Positions 12,551 to 25,595 of a DNA stretch of 64,000 bases are shown here, piece by piece. The translations under genes were made by a program, and so were the position numbers. Source of the DNA: the human T2T-CHM13v2.0 reference genome, Homo sapiens. The notes under the pieces are model-generated. The model made no database searches. It saw only the letters and a list, made by a program, of their open reading frames with translations, and was not told the DNA's origin. The DNA lies in assembly GCF_009914755.1 (NCBI RefSeq), contig NC_060926.1. One strand, 5' to 3'. Within the stretch, counting starts at the first letter, position 1, and each line of letters starts with the position of its first letter.

Positions 12551-13619
12551 ATTAGTATAGAAGGCAAAATCTTGGATGGGGTTAAAGGACCCTTCAGGAG
12601 CAATCAATACCCTTCAGGAAGGTAAGATTTGAGGTGGTGATAGAGATAATAATGTGGCCAGTCCAGGGATGCTCATACCTGGAACATCATTAAACCCATA
12701 TTTTAAAAGTATTTGCTCCTTGTTTATCTAGAGAAGAAATGAAGACATTTGAGGGAAGAAAAGAAGAAAAAAAGAATGCTGAAAACAGTAGTCTAGTTTG
12801 GATATTTACTAATTTAAATAAATCCTTGCATTTAACTTCCACCTTCTAAAGAAGTAGGTCTAGTGATCATCTGCTGTTACTCAGCTATATTCTCCATGGC
12901 CTCCCCATCCTAACCCAGAAGCAGACTATAACATTATTCCTTTTAACTACAAATAATACTCATTCTAAGAGAAATTTTGGTAAATTTAATTTTCTCTCTT
13001 TCCATTTCCAGTGATACTATAGCATTGTCTAACCTATCAATTTCTAAGTAAGAGACTATATCCTTAATTGGGCTATGCTTTTATATTCATATGGCAGTCT
13101 TTAAACTCAGCAGTGTGAAAGAATTAAGGTGGGTAGTAGCCTTAAATACTATTAGTTTTTTGGTTTTTTTTTTTTAAACACCACCTAAGACAACTTTTAG
13201 CTCCATAGGTCTAGGCTGTTTCAGTGACCCAGAAATCATGCCAAAAGAGTATTAGCTTCATTGTTAATATAGTCATAATAGTTTCCTACTTGTCTCAAAT
13301 TTAAAACTACCAAGAATTTCCTTTGGTTACAAAACAAATAAATATCCCCTCATCGATATGCATAATATTGTAAAATTATAGTGTGAAAATTATCAACTTG
13401 TCTTACTTCATGGCAACAACTTTTTATGGCTCTTTCCTGGGGTTCCCACACAGGCTCTGGTTCCTGGGTCATTTCTCTCCTCCCATATAATTACCATTCC
13501 ATAAGAGGGGATTATACTCACCCCTCCTTTGACTCCTTACCCTACTGCTATGTGGTATCAGCTTTAGATATTGTTGAAAAATGTTGTGATTTCAATCACA
13601 ACGTTCTGATAATGACAAT

Positions 13620-14001
13620 TTTATTAGTATGCTAAGACTTCCAGAACAATATACCGCAGACTGGGTAGCTCAAACAATAGAAATATATTTCTCACAGTTC
13701 TTGAGGCTGGAAGTCCAGGGTCAAGGTAATAACAAGTTTGGTTTCTCTTGAGACCGCTCTCGTTGGCGAGCAGATGGCCACTATCTTGCTGCGTCCTCAC
13801 ATGGTCTTTCACTTGTATGAGTGCACCACTAATGTCTTTCTCTCTTCTTATGAGAACACCAATCCCACTGGATCAGGGGCCCATCCTTATAATCTCATTT
13901 AACTTTCATCACCTCTTTAAAGGTCTTCAAATACAGTCATATTGGGAATTAAGCCTTCAACATATGAATTTGGTGGAAGGGGCACAGTTCAGCCCATAAC
14001 A
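13620..14001 (-). mobile_element. MaLR solo LTR (MLT1A/B-like)
   Basis: atttctcacagttcttgaggctggaagtcc, gtcctcacatggtc, caacatatgaattt...cagttcagcccataaca. Confidence 0.88.
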
Positions 14002-14421
14002 ACCATCTTGCTAACAAATTTGGTAACAATTATTCAGGCTTTACTTGAATAATGCATTTTATTTCATACTCTTGACAACTCCCTTCTTAAAAAAAACTTC
14101 TAATCCCCCTCAGTTTCTACAACAGTATCCTTTCCTGGTTCTGCTTATTTTCTTGGCCACTCCTACTCATTTTCCATCCAAATTTCTCTTCTCACACCTT
14201 CCCTAATTGTTGTTAATTTCTATGCTCAGTCCCGAGCCCTGTTCTTACCTCACTTAAAATGATTTCCCTATGGAAATCACGCCACAACTTCAAACATGAT
14301 CTACTTGCTACAGACACACACTCATAACTCTAGTGTAGACCTTCTCTTGTTCCTGAAATTATATGATTCACTTTGTGCTGAACATCCTGGGACACAGTAG
14401 GCATGCAATCTATACTTGTAA

Positions 14422-14770
14422 ATTCATTCACTCATCCATTCTTTCCAAAATTATTCACTGATCACTTGCTAAATAGAAGGCACTGTTTTAAGTGCTTGGG
14501 ATACATCATTAAACAGAAGAGACCAAGATCCTTGTCCATAGGGAGCTTCCATCCTGGCAGAGGTCAAGCAGTGGTCAATGAACATCCTGAATAAGTGAAG
14601 TATACAGCATGTCAGAAGGTGTAAAGTGCTATGAGTAAAGAAAAAGTAGAGCAAAAAAAGGAGGATTAAAGATGGGTCAAGGGGGAAGTTGAAGGATTAG
14701 ATAGTCAGGGGAAGCTCAATGAAAACGGAATGTTTGAACAACGGTTTAAAGGAAGTGAGAAAATAAATCC
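14422..14770 (-). mobile_element. L2a 3' end
   Basis: attcattcactcatccatt...aggcactgttttaagtgcttgggataca...ggagcttccatcctgg...gtgctatgag. Confidence 0.8.
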
Positions 14771-14869
14771 AATTGTAACATAGGCATTTCAGATATAATA
14801 GGTCTAAAACCTCCTTTCAGCTCGTCTCTTCCCTGAAGTTCCCAATGTGATTGCCATTCATTCTTTTAC

Positions 14870-14975
14870 TAGAGTGACCACATAAATTTGACCGCCAAAC
14901 TGAAACACACTGGAAAATAAAAGGATGGTACTACAGGCATAATCCTGCCCAGCTCCAGACAAGCTTGAATATACA
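14870..14975 (+). mobile_element. hAT-Blackjack MITE (MER94-like)
   Basis: tagagtgaccacataaatttgaccgccaaactgaaacac resembles the TAGGGTGACC terminus. Confidence 0.55.
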
Positions 14976-17570
14976 GATGCATGGGGGACTAGCTGTCACC
15001 CAAGACAGAAACTTGCGAGCCATCCTTGCTTTTTCTTTCTCCCTCATCCTTTTTTTTCCCAACTTGTCCCAATAGATCACCAAGCTTTTTGATATGACCT
15101 CTAGAATATCTCTTCTCCATTTTTACTACTGCTGTCTTACTTCAGGATCTTAGGATCTCTGACTAGGACAGACACGTGGCCTCAAAAATGCCCCACTGTG
15201 TCTCAGTCTGTTCCCTCTCAAATCACTGTCCTGAACATCAGACAGAATCTTCTTAAACACTCATATCTAATCTTGACATTCTCATTTAAATTTTCTGGAG
15301 AAAGAGGGGAAGGAAAGGTTTGGATAGAGAACATTTGCAGAGGCTGAGAAGAGCAGGCCCTGGCAGATTCAGGCACCCTCCCTGCTCTGCTGATGCAGAA
15401 GCCAACACAGCCTGTGGGTTCCTGCTGCAATCTAGACTGGTGAATACCTTCCCTGAAAGGTAAGAACATGGGGGGAATCAGCCACTTATCTCCAAAATCC
15501 ACAATTTCCGCAGTTCCAGGTCCAAAACTCAGTGTCTCACTAAGATTAAATGGCCATTATTGTTCTTAAGATTTGGGAAATTAAAAATATATCAGATCTC
15601 TCTGTATTTCCTATTTCAGCCCAAATGAATCCAATTAGATTTCACTGCAAACTATAAAATACTCTAGGCCTATTTCCTCTTTAAATTGATTATAAATGTT
15701 GATGCTTGTAAGTATAAGTGCAAATTAATCTAGGGAATTCCACGAAATTTTATTTCTTAATTAAGTAATTTAAACTAAATTACTTAACTGAAATGACTAC
15801 TCTGGCTCCTAAGATTGTTCAAGGTCAGACAAATGTAATCAAATATAATTTAGTGATTTTTCATTTGCCATAACCCTTTTCATCAAACTCATTTCACTGC
15901 TTTGGACTTGATAGAAAGAAGAATTTGCACTCTTGAACTCTCCAGAGACTGGGATTAAGATTATGGGAGGCAAGACGAGGTGACAACATTCAGGTCAATT
16001 GGAGAAGTTTCTGGAAAACAGAAATGTGGTCTCTATTACACTGAAAAAGAGGCAGGGTGTTAGACTGCCCAGAAATTAAACTTTCTGCTGGTATACGTGT
16101 GGCATTGCTCCAGTGAGCACAATCCATTTGGCCAGCCAGATGGACCAGTCCTGGCAGCTTTTCAGTCTCATGCACAAAACATTTCAGCCTGGGAAAGAAA
16201 AAAATCCCCAAACAAAAATATAAATAGAGAAGATTCAGCATTGTGGCGAAACAATGGGGAAGACTCATGGTCTCACAAATGAGGTTTCTACAACATTGTC
16301 TGTGCATTTCACACATTCTGTTTCTTTTTTTCTTGATTTTTAATAGCTTATTTATCATAGGTGAAGGATGAGATTACTTATCTGAGGCTCCATGCTTTTG
16401 GCAGAAAACCTTTATAATGCTCAGTTACTCTCACCTAGAGGGAAGAAGGCAATTTCTAGCCTCTTTCTGTGGAAATATACTAAATAACAGCAACAAAGAA
16501 CATTGATAATAATCTAAACTGAAAACAATTATTTGAAGATGCAAACTTTTTTACTGTCAACTATCAAAGAGACTCAGGCTAAAAGGATGAACTCACCAAA
16601 GATATTATTATTTTTTTCTTATTTAGGAAGACTTAGCCTTTCTTCACTTTCTAACACCATTGAGTCCAATTCAAGTTCCCCATTAGCTTGAATGATAATT
16701 ATCTTCTGTCAGTCAAGATCTGCATCTGAGTTGAAGTCCATTGATCATCCTTCAGCTGAACTGCCGTGCCTACTCAATAATCATGGCCAGTTTCAATTTC
16801 TGAAGTCAAATGCTTACATAAGGAAATGGCATCACTGTAGTCTAACCATGTTTCTTCCTTCCTCACCTGGAGTTCTCTGAGGGAGGGAGAGAGAGAAAGA
16901 AATCCATTTTAAACAGTCATCTCAATTTATACTTTTCATAATTATGAACTTTTGAATTTATTCTAAATGTATATTTTAACTCACTAATCAATGGTTTACT
17001 GGGGAGAGGGTTAGAAGGTATGAAGTAAGTGATGAAATGTCGATGTCTTTTACTTACTGAATAGTTTAATCAAACACATTTTATTTTTTGTCTTTAGGTG
17101 TATAAATTCAGCCAAAGCTTAAAATATGGTCTTTTCTCCCCTCCTTCCTCCTTTTCCTTCCTTCCTTTCTTCTTTTTGTGTGCCCTTTCTTCTTGCAAAG
17201 ATTTATTTAGTTCCTACTTTATGCCAGGTACATGCTGGGGAATCTCTGTGACTTACCAATAAAATAAAGCATTTTTGGTGAATTCCAGGTATTATACACA
17301 AACTGTCTACATTGCCATTCGCCAATCTTCAAGTTCCTCCATTATTTGCGTATTGATGGGATATCAAGTTTCAGATCAAATATCACAAATAAAAGCTCAC
17401 AGGTGGAATAATCTCCAATTTTAGATTTTGTTTTGTTTTTAGTTATGGTTGGACCATACTTAGTCTGGCTTGTTTGGAGAACTAGATTCCTTAACCCAAT
17501 CTCAACAATTCATTCAGAAATATTGGAATTATTTTTTAATTTCAGATGAAGGATAATATAATTTTCTCTT

Positions 17571-18461
17571 TGTAATATTGTAAAACATATATTTGGTGTT
17601 CAATCCTCTTTCCTGGCATACAACTTCTGAAATCCTTAGAAACTCCAAAGTGATGTCTTCTGGTATGCTAATGAGTTGACTGATAATTGACAGCCCCTAG
17701 CTGCTTCAGGATGGGGCTGATCCCAGGAAAGACCAAAGCAGAATTAAAGGATTGGAACTTTAATCCCCACTACCAACAACTGGGGAGGAAAGCGGGGTTG
17801 AAGGTTAAGTTGATCGCCAGTGGCCAATAGTTGAATCAATTATCCCTATGTAATAAAGCTTCCATAAATACTCAAAAGGACTAGTTTCAGAGAGCTCCTG
17901 AATAGCTGAACATATGGAGGCTTACAGGAAGGTGAGCAAGAACTCAAACATGTGCTGGGAGGATGGCACACCCCAACTACACAGGGACAGAAGCTCCTGT
18001 GCTTGGGACACTTCCAGACTTTGCCATATGTATCTCCTCATCTGGCTACTTATTTATATCCTTTAAAATATCCTTTGTAATAAACTAATAAATGAGAGTA
18101 AGTGTTTCCCTGAGGTTTGTGAGCTACTCCAGCAAATGTAATCATAACCAAGGAGACAGTTGTGAATTTATAGCTGGTCAGTCAGAAGCACAGGAAAAAT
18201 AACGTGGGGCTTGGGATTGTCATTGGAAGTGAGAAGTAGTCTTGTGGACTGAGCACCCACCTTGTGGGATCTGATGCTAGCCCCAGGTAGATAGTGCTGG
18301 AAATTAATTAAGAAAACCCAGCTGGCGTCTGCTGCAGGTTGATTGCTTGCTTGTTGGTGGGGAGAACCCCCCCACACATTTGGTCACAGAAGTCTTCTGT
18401 GTTGATTATTGTTGTGATATGAGAACAGAGGAAAAACAGTTTGAGTTTTTTCCCCCATGAC
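17571..18461 (+). mobile_element. Solo LTR (MER21A/B-like)
   Basis: Starts tgtaatattg; gcttcaggatggggctg, gacagaagctcctgtgcttgggacacttccagac, ccacacatttggtcacagaagt. Confidence 0.88.
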
Positions 18462-19089
18462 TGTCCTTTTGTACGAACTGCCTTTTCAGAAGCAATCCAT
18501 TCGTTCACATTTTTCTGTCACTTCTGCAACCAGTCCTTTGCCACCATGGGCTCAAGTTCCTGATAAAATTCTCAGAATCCAAGGGAATGTTAAAGTCTCT
18601 TTAAGGGGTTATTTCTTTAATTATGTTTTCCACCATAATATGAGCTCTATATGTTTCTCATCTTGCTCTCTCGTAAAGCCTCTGTGAAACAAATCTGGAG
18701 TATGAGACTAGAATTCTTCAGGCTCAGCCCTTGACACACTTATCCCTTGGCGGATGAGAAAGCCTGCTGTCATCAGGCCCTCAGCATGTTTGCAAAGTGA
18801 ACATAGTTTTACCATATTCCATTACCTGGTACCTTTCTTTCCCAAGTGCCGTTTGCTGGCCAAAGCTCGCCACTTTGATAAATCCTAGATTATTTCAAGA
18901 ATTTCACGCTTCAAAATGATCCCACTCCAAGTCTTTAGTAACCATTATTATTATTTCTTATCAATAATAATTACTATTGATCAAAAACAATCATGAAAGA
19001 AGCTGATCTCAGCTTTTTAGGAATAATACAATCGCATTATAGTAATTTATTTCTAAGTTAGAAATGATCGCTAAACCTAATAAATACAA

Positions 19090-20337
19090 GTTCTTATTGA
19101 GTTATATTGGGATAATTGTAGCTTTCCATGAAGTCATAAGGAATAATACAGAGAGAGCTCATGTACCATTTACCCAGTCTTACCCTTACATTTTGTAATA
19201 GCAAAATCCACAATCAGAATATTGACACTGATATAACTCACCAGTCTCAGAGTTCTCTAGTTTTACATGTACACACTTTTGTGCGTGCGTATTTACTTCC
19301 ATACAGTTTTATCACATATGCAGTATGTGTATACAGATTGGAAAAAGACAATCCCAAAAGGTTACACACTGTACAATTCCATTCATATTCTATTCATATA
19401 ACATTTTTGAAATGGCAAAGTTACAGAAATGGAGAACAGACAGTGGTTGCTGGGGTTTACAGATGGGGAAAGGGAAATAAGAAGGTGTGGCTTTCCTTGA
19501 GTACCCTTTTTCCACTCTATATAATTTTTGTGAGATTCATCCAAGTTGTTTATATCCGTGGTTCAGTGGGTTTTTTTCCTTTTTTTTTTTTTTTTTTCCT
19601 GACTAGTGTTCCACAGTATGGTTATGCCACAGTTTGTTTAACCATTAACCCATTGAAAAACATCTGGGCAGACTCCAGATTTTGGCTAATACAAATAAAA
19701 TTCCTGTGAACATTCGTGTACAGGTTTTTGTGTGAACAAATGTTCTCATTTGTCTGGAATAAATACCCAGGAATGCAAACGATGGTACATACAGTAATTG
19801 CATACTTAGTTTTATAAGAAACTGCCTCTTTTCCAGAATGGCTGTGCCATTTCACATCTATACCAGCAATATATGAACAATCTAGTTTCTCTGCATCCTT
19901 GTCAGCATGTGGTATCATCACTATTTATTATTTTGGCCATTCTGGTAAGTGGATAATAATATTTCATTGTGGTTTTAATTTGCATTTCCCTAATGACTAA
20001 TAATGTTGAACCTTTTTTGTGTAGTTATTTGCCATTTGTATAGCTTCTTCAGTGAAATCTCTTCATGTTTCTTACTCATTTTTTAATTGAATTATTTGTT
20101 TTTTACTGTTGAGTTTTCATGGTTTTTTATATAGCCTAAAAACTAGTCCTTTGTCATAATGGATTTTGCAATGGTTTTCCTTAGTCTGTAGCTTGTCTTT
20201 TTTGTCTCTTCATATGAGTTTTCACAGAGCAAAAGTTAATTTTGGAGATGTTCAATAATTTATCAATTATAATTTATAATTTATAAAAAATAATTATCAA
20301 TTTTTCCTTTCATGAATTGTGCTTTTTATGTCAAGCT
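19090..20337 (-). mobile_element. Ancient L1M (L1MC/MD-like) 3' part with an internal inversion
   Basis: aataatacagagagagctcatgtaccatttacccag; gagattcatccaagttgtt; gtggttttaatttgcatttccctaatgactaataatgttga. Confidence 0.85.
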
Positions 20338-20381
20338 ACAAATATTTTAAAGAAGGTTTCATTAGTCAAAAAGCAACTTTA

Positions 20382-20774
20382 GGAATTGATAAATTATAGT
20401 ATATTCACACAATGGAATATTACACAGTAATGAGAACAATTAATTTCACAACAGGCAAAAGTATGAATGAGTCTCATAAATAGAATGTTGATCAAAGAAA
20501 CCAGACACAAAAGAGTACATACTATACAATTCCATTTACATAATGTCTTAAAAGTATCAAATTATGGTGCCAACTTTTAGAAGAGAGATTACCCTTCTGA
20601 GGTGAATAATGGGGTGCCAAGTAGCAGGAGAGGGTGTCTGGAATGCTGAGGTTGCTCTATTTTCAATCTGGGTGAAAATTACATGAGTGTAATCAGTTTA
20701 TGAAAATGCATCAAGCTATACACTAATGATATGTATACTGTATACAGGTTGTATTTCAGTTTAAAAAAATAAAA
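20382..20774 (+). mobile_element. L1ME-like 3' fragment
   Basis: gataaattatagtatattcacacaatggaatattacacag; aagaaaccagacacaaaagagtacatact; gaaaatgcatcaagctatacact. Confidence 0.8.
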
Positions 20775-21099
20775 CCACACAGAAAGTATCTTTTATAAGT
20801 AAGGGCAGTGCCATCCCCCACAATTAAAGAAGAGTGATATCCCACACATGACAAACCTTCTGAAATTTTGCCTCCATCACTATTTGTTGCAGGAGCATCT
20901 CTAGCAAATATAAAATGATTCTACCTAAATATTGTTGAACTGTCCACAAGGCAGTTGGTTTTATTTGGGTTATGCAGTTTTAGCTCTAATTTGTGATGAG
21001 ATTAAGAGAAACCTTAAGGTCGCCTAGCTGGAAGTCCAATACTCTGCAGACACATGCATTGTTTCTTTTGCAAAGCTCTTTGGCCCTACAAGAGCTAAT

Positions 21100-21597
21100 T
21101 TAAATAATCAATTTTATTGATGTATAATTTACGTGTAATTAAATGCACCCATCCATTTTAAGTATATGGTTCAATGGATTTTGACAAATGTATACAATTG
21201 TGTAATCATCACCACCACAATCAAGATACAGAAAATTTTCATTACTCTTCAGAAGCTCCTTGTGTCTCTTGAAGTCAATCCCCCATCCACTTCCCCTCCT
21301 GACCTAAGGCAACCATTGATATGCTTTCTGTTGCTATGGATTAGTTTCAATGCAGAACTATAGGTCTAGAATATCATACAAATTAAATCATGCACTGTGT
21401 CCTTTTATTTCTGGCTTCTTTCAGTCATTATCTATGTTTTTAATATCCATCCATGTTCTTGCCTTTCTTTTCTTACCACAATTTTTTATGCATTCACTCA
21501 TTGATAGATGTATGACTTGTTTCTATTTTTTTGTTTTGTTTTATTACTTAAGTAAATCTGTTATGAGCTTATATGTATAAATCTTTATGTGGATACA
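21100..21597 (-). mobile_element. L1ME1/L1MB-like 3' fragment
   Basis: attttattgatgtataatttacgtgtaattaaatgcaccc; caccaccacaatcaagatacagaa; ggcaaccattgat. Confidence 0.82.
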
Positions 21598-21637
21598 TCA
21601 GGATTCTTTGGCAAGAAGAAATAGAAAAGGAATATTC

Positions 21638-21740
21638 CAGGACCATAAGTTCAGATGCCATAGGGAAGTGGCAGGTAACACAAATAAGTGAAGCAGATTA
21701 GGTATAAGATAAAAGGTATGATGAGGACTATAGCAACTTG
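21638..21740 (+). mobile_element. hAT-Charlie fragment (Charlie4z-like)
   Basis: tcagatgccatagggaagtggcaggtaacacaaataagtgaagcag. Confidence 0.5.
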
Positions 21741-21933
21741 CCGCAAATCCAGTTTTTAACTCTTAACTTATGGAAATAATGTGAAGAAAGCTGAAGTGAT
21801 TACACACAACCCCCTCAAAACAAAAAGTACTATAGATCAACTAATTCTTTGGATCAGATAACAAGCAACTCTTTCCAGAACTTTTACATCCCATAGGCTA
21901 CAGTATCATTAAGAAAGAATAATTAAGAAAATA

Positions 21934-22270
21934 GGACAGGCAAGATGGCTCACACCTGTAATCTCAACAATGTGGGAGGCTGAGGCAGGAAGATCACTTG
22001 AGGAGGCTGAGGCAAGAGGATCACTCGAAACAGGAGTTTGAGACCAGCCTAAGCAACATAGAGAGACCCACCTCTACAAAAAATAAAATAACCAAGAGTG
22101 TTGATGCATGCCTATAGTACCACTACTCCAACTACTCTGCAGTCTAAGATGAGAGGATCACTTGAGCCCAGGAATTAGAGGTTGCAGTGAGCCACAATCA
22201 CATGACTGCAGTCTGGCTTGAGTGACTATGAGCCCTGCCTCAAAAAAAAAAAAAAAAAGAGAGAGAGAGA
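21934..22270 (+). mobile_element. AluJ with a 27-bp internal tandem duplication; A tail then (GA)n
   Basis: J-type ggatcacttgagcccagga; duplicated ggaggctgaggcaggaagatcacttga at 21975-22028. Confidence 0.93.
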
Positions 22271-22274
22271 AAGA

Positions 22275-22620
22275 AACTTGGTTTTAGGGAGCTTCAGCTT
22301 TGAATTCATGATCTACAGCTACTAACTGTGTAAGCATGTTTCTTCACCTTTTTGAACCTTTTTTTCTTAACAAAGGAAGAATAATAATATTATTCACTTC
22401 ATAGCACACAGGCAAAGCAGCATATCTGGAATTCTAAACATTCTAAAGTTATAGCATAAACTACAATTTTATTGCTCGTCTTCCACATGCCAGGCCTTGA
22501 GTGAGGCCTCTTTACTCTCCTCATCTCATTCTATTAAATCCTCACACCATTTGCTACACAAGAAACTGAGGCCAAGAGAGAGTGAAAGCCCTGTAATGGG
22601 AGCGGAAATCAAGAAGCACT
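22275..22620. mobile_element. Two MIR fragments (+ at ~22275-22405, - at ~22465-22620)
   Basis: tactaactgtgtaagcatgtttcttcacc; aatcctcacacc...agaaactgaggccaagagag. Confidence 0.55.
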
Positions 22621-22680
22621 TGCTCTGGCTGGATTTTTCCAGGCTTCCTCAAAATATATGAGATAACAGCATAACATTTT

Positions 22681-23717
22681 TTTTCTTCAACTTTTATTTT
22701 AAGTTTATGGGTACATGTGCAGGCTGTGCAGGTTTATTACATAGGTAAACGTGTGCCATGGTGGTTTGCTGCGCAGATCATCCCACCATCTATGTATTAA
22801 GCCCAGCATGCATTGGCTAATTTTCCTGATGCTCTCCCTTCCTGCAACCCCACTGACAGGTCCCAGTGTGTATTGTTTCCCGCCATGTGTCCATGTGTTC
22901 CCACCATTCAGCCACCACTTACAAGTGAGAAGTTCATGTGGTGTTTGGTTTTCTGTCCCTGAGTTAGTTTGCTAAGGATAATGGCTTCCAGCTTCATCCA
23001 TTTCCCTGCAAAGGATATAAACATGTTCCTTTTATGGCTGCATAGTATTCCATGGTGTATATGTACCACATTTTCTTTATCTAGTCTATCATTGACGGCC
23101 ATTTAGGTTGATTCTGTATCTTTGCTATTGTGAATAGTGCTGCAATGAACATATGTGTGCATGTATCCTTATAATAGAATGATTTATACTCCTTTGGGTA
23201 TATACTCAGTAATAGGATTGGTGGGTCAAATGGTATTTCTACCTCTAGGTCTTTGAGGAATTGCCACACTGTCTTCCACAGTGGTTGAACTAATTTACAC
23301 TCCCACCAACAGTGTAAAAGCATTCCTTTTTCTCTGCAACTTCACCAGCATATGTTGTTTTTTGACTTTTTAATAATAGCCATTCTGACTGGCATGAGAT
23401 GGTATCTCGTTGTGGTTTTGAGTTGCATTTTTCTAATAATGAGTAATGTTGAGCTTTTTTTCATATGTTTATTGGCCACATAAATGTCTTCTCTGAGAGT
23501 GTCTGTTCATGTCTTTGGCCTACTTTTTAATGGGGCAGTGTGTTTTTTTCTTGTAAATTTGTTTAAGTTCCTTGTAGACTCTGGATATTAGATCTTTGTC
23601 AGATGTATAGATTGCAAAAATTTTCTCCCATTTTGTAGGCTGTCTGTTCACTCTGATCATAGTTTCTTTTGCCGTGCAGAAGCTTTTTAGTTTAATTAGA
23701 CCCCATTTCTCAATTTT
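22681..23717 (-). mobile_element. 5'-truncated L1PA (L1PA11-13-like)
   Basis: 3'UTR plus ORF2 C-terminal fragments ([25 protein letters not shown]; [12 protein letters not shown]); degenerate TSD agcataacatttt / agcataataattttt. Confidence 0.93.
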
Positions 23718-24379
23718 AAGCATAATAATTTTTATTGACCTTAGACCTTAGACATATCTCTACATTTGCCAAGGACTGGGTACATTTGCTGGTAAGCCCA
23801 CTTCTTCGCAACCATTTCAGTTTCTGTCACTTGGCTGATACTCCGTAAAAGTTCCTGCAGGCAGAGCTTTTCTGAAAACTTCTCTTCGGCAAACTCTATA
23901 CTGTCAAAAGTGAATCTCCTTCACTGGACTGTAAGCTATTTCCCCAGGACCTTGTACAGTGCCTGGCACATAGTAGGAAGAAATCATTTAGATGAAGCAC
24001 AATTTGAACATAGTTCTCCTCACATTGAATTTAGCAACCAGAATCTTTAGATAAAGAAAAGTGTTCACTTCTTAATTTTATTTTGTATATCACTATAATC
24101 TTTTTAGTATCTTTAGTAGCTGAAACAACCACTCGGGTGGTTTTAGATGACTTTGTGACCAAATATTTGTAACATCAACTCACTTATTTTTAAAATGATA
24201 TTACTACCCCTCATTAGATCTCTGTTATTTCTTTGTTTATAAAATGAGGGTGTGGATCAAATGATTTATCAGATCCTTTGCATCTTAAATTCTCTATAAT
24301 TCAAATAGCACCCACTGGTTCCTCTTATCTCTAATAATTCTGGGGTAACCTGGCACACTTTTCTTATGCAGTTTCCCTT

Positions 24380-24493
24380 AGAGCAATGGACTAGCAACAT
24401 CAACAACAACCAGAAACTTGTAAGAAGCACAAATTCTTAGAATTCACTCCATCTCCACAGTCTATTCTAAGGAGTGTTAAGTTTAAGAACTGG
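24380..24493 (+). mobile_element. MER5A-like fragment
   Basis: ggactagcaacatcaacaacaaccagaaacttgtaagaagcacaaattctt...aagtttaagaac. Confidence 0.55.
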
Positions 24494-25344
24494 CCCCTGC
24501 TTCAAGAGATGACATCATTCCTCTCCCTTCAGTCTGAGTCCTTTTTTCAAACATCAACACTGGCTCCAACACTGCAGCAGCTGCCAGCAAACACCTCCCT
24601 GTGTTCTTCAGAGAGGAGAGCATCTGGAGAGTTCTTTACATTCTACTTGTCCTGCCTTTATGACCCAACACAATGTCTTTGTCAGCCTCATTAAAGAATT
24701 ATAAGGTTAATTTTACTTCCCCCCAAATACATAACCTCTTTCCAAAATGGAGTGTCAGTTGATAAGCAAAGGCTGCCTGGCTAAGGAAAAAATGGAGAGA
24801 GGGTGTTTGTTGTATGCGTGTGTAGTGAAGGATCAAATCAGAGACTAAAAGTCAAGCAAAGCTACTGTGCAGGCATCACATTCATGAAGAAGCTTAAACT
24901 TAGAACTTTGACATAATTTTTAAATCACTTTGTATAAACTCACAGAAGTACACTGTCAAAATTGAAAGATGGCCATCATTTCTCTTGTGTCTCATACTGG
25001 ATCACACTGCCTGTGGTGTATTGTGAATTATTTAAAAAATTAAAATTTACCTCATAGACAACATAATTGTATTGCAGTGGGTTTTCATAAAGGTGTTTAA
25101 TCTGTTAGTCTATTAAATTCTTGGGGCCCATTTTTGCAATTATTCACTGTAATTGACCAGGATCCTCAATATGTTGACTTGCCCTGTCCACTCTGAGGGG
25201 CTCTGGGGAGATACTTAGGATGCTCTATGTGTAAGGGCCCAACATTAGGCCCCAGATGGATACAATTCAACCTATGCTAATAACTTCCCCCATAAAACTA
25301 AACTCCATGAAGCATTCAAGGCACTTCCTAATTTTGTGTCTTGT

Positions 25345-25595
25345 TTAATTCTCTTCAAAAGTCAACAAACATTCCCCAAATTCTCACTGTTGCCAGACCG
25401 TGTATTAATGCTGAGGAAACAAAAATGAAAATGACAGACTGTATTCTCAAAATGCTCACAGACTGCCAGGGAAAAAGACTTGACCAATAGGCACAATTTA
25501 TTATAATAAATACCGTAAGGGTAGTATGTACACAATACAGAAATTCACTTTAATTAGGGAAGAGAAAGCTTGCTGAAAAAGACACGCCCCAAGTA
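25345..25595 (-). mobile_element. L2 3' fragment
   Basis: tcaacaaacatt...tgccagaccgtgtattaatgctgaggaaacaaaaatgaa...atgctcacagact. Confidence 0.65.

Larger units (their letters stand above)
14070..15290 (+). mobile_element. L2 fragments, interrupted by an antisense L2a end and a MER94-like element
   Basis: Degenerate L2 motifs tttcctggttctgcttattttcttggccactcc, cccaagacagaaacttgcgagccatcctt and tgacctctagaatatctc. Confidence 0.55.

Noticed and set aside
19161-19709. Longest ORF in the track (182 aa)
   Set aside because: Lies in L1M 3' sequence across the micro-inversion and a poly-T run; a chance ORF.
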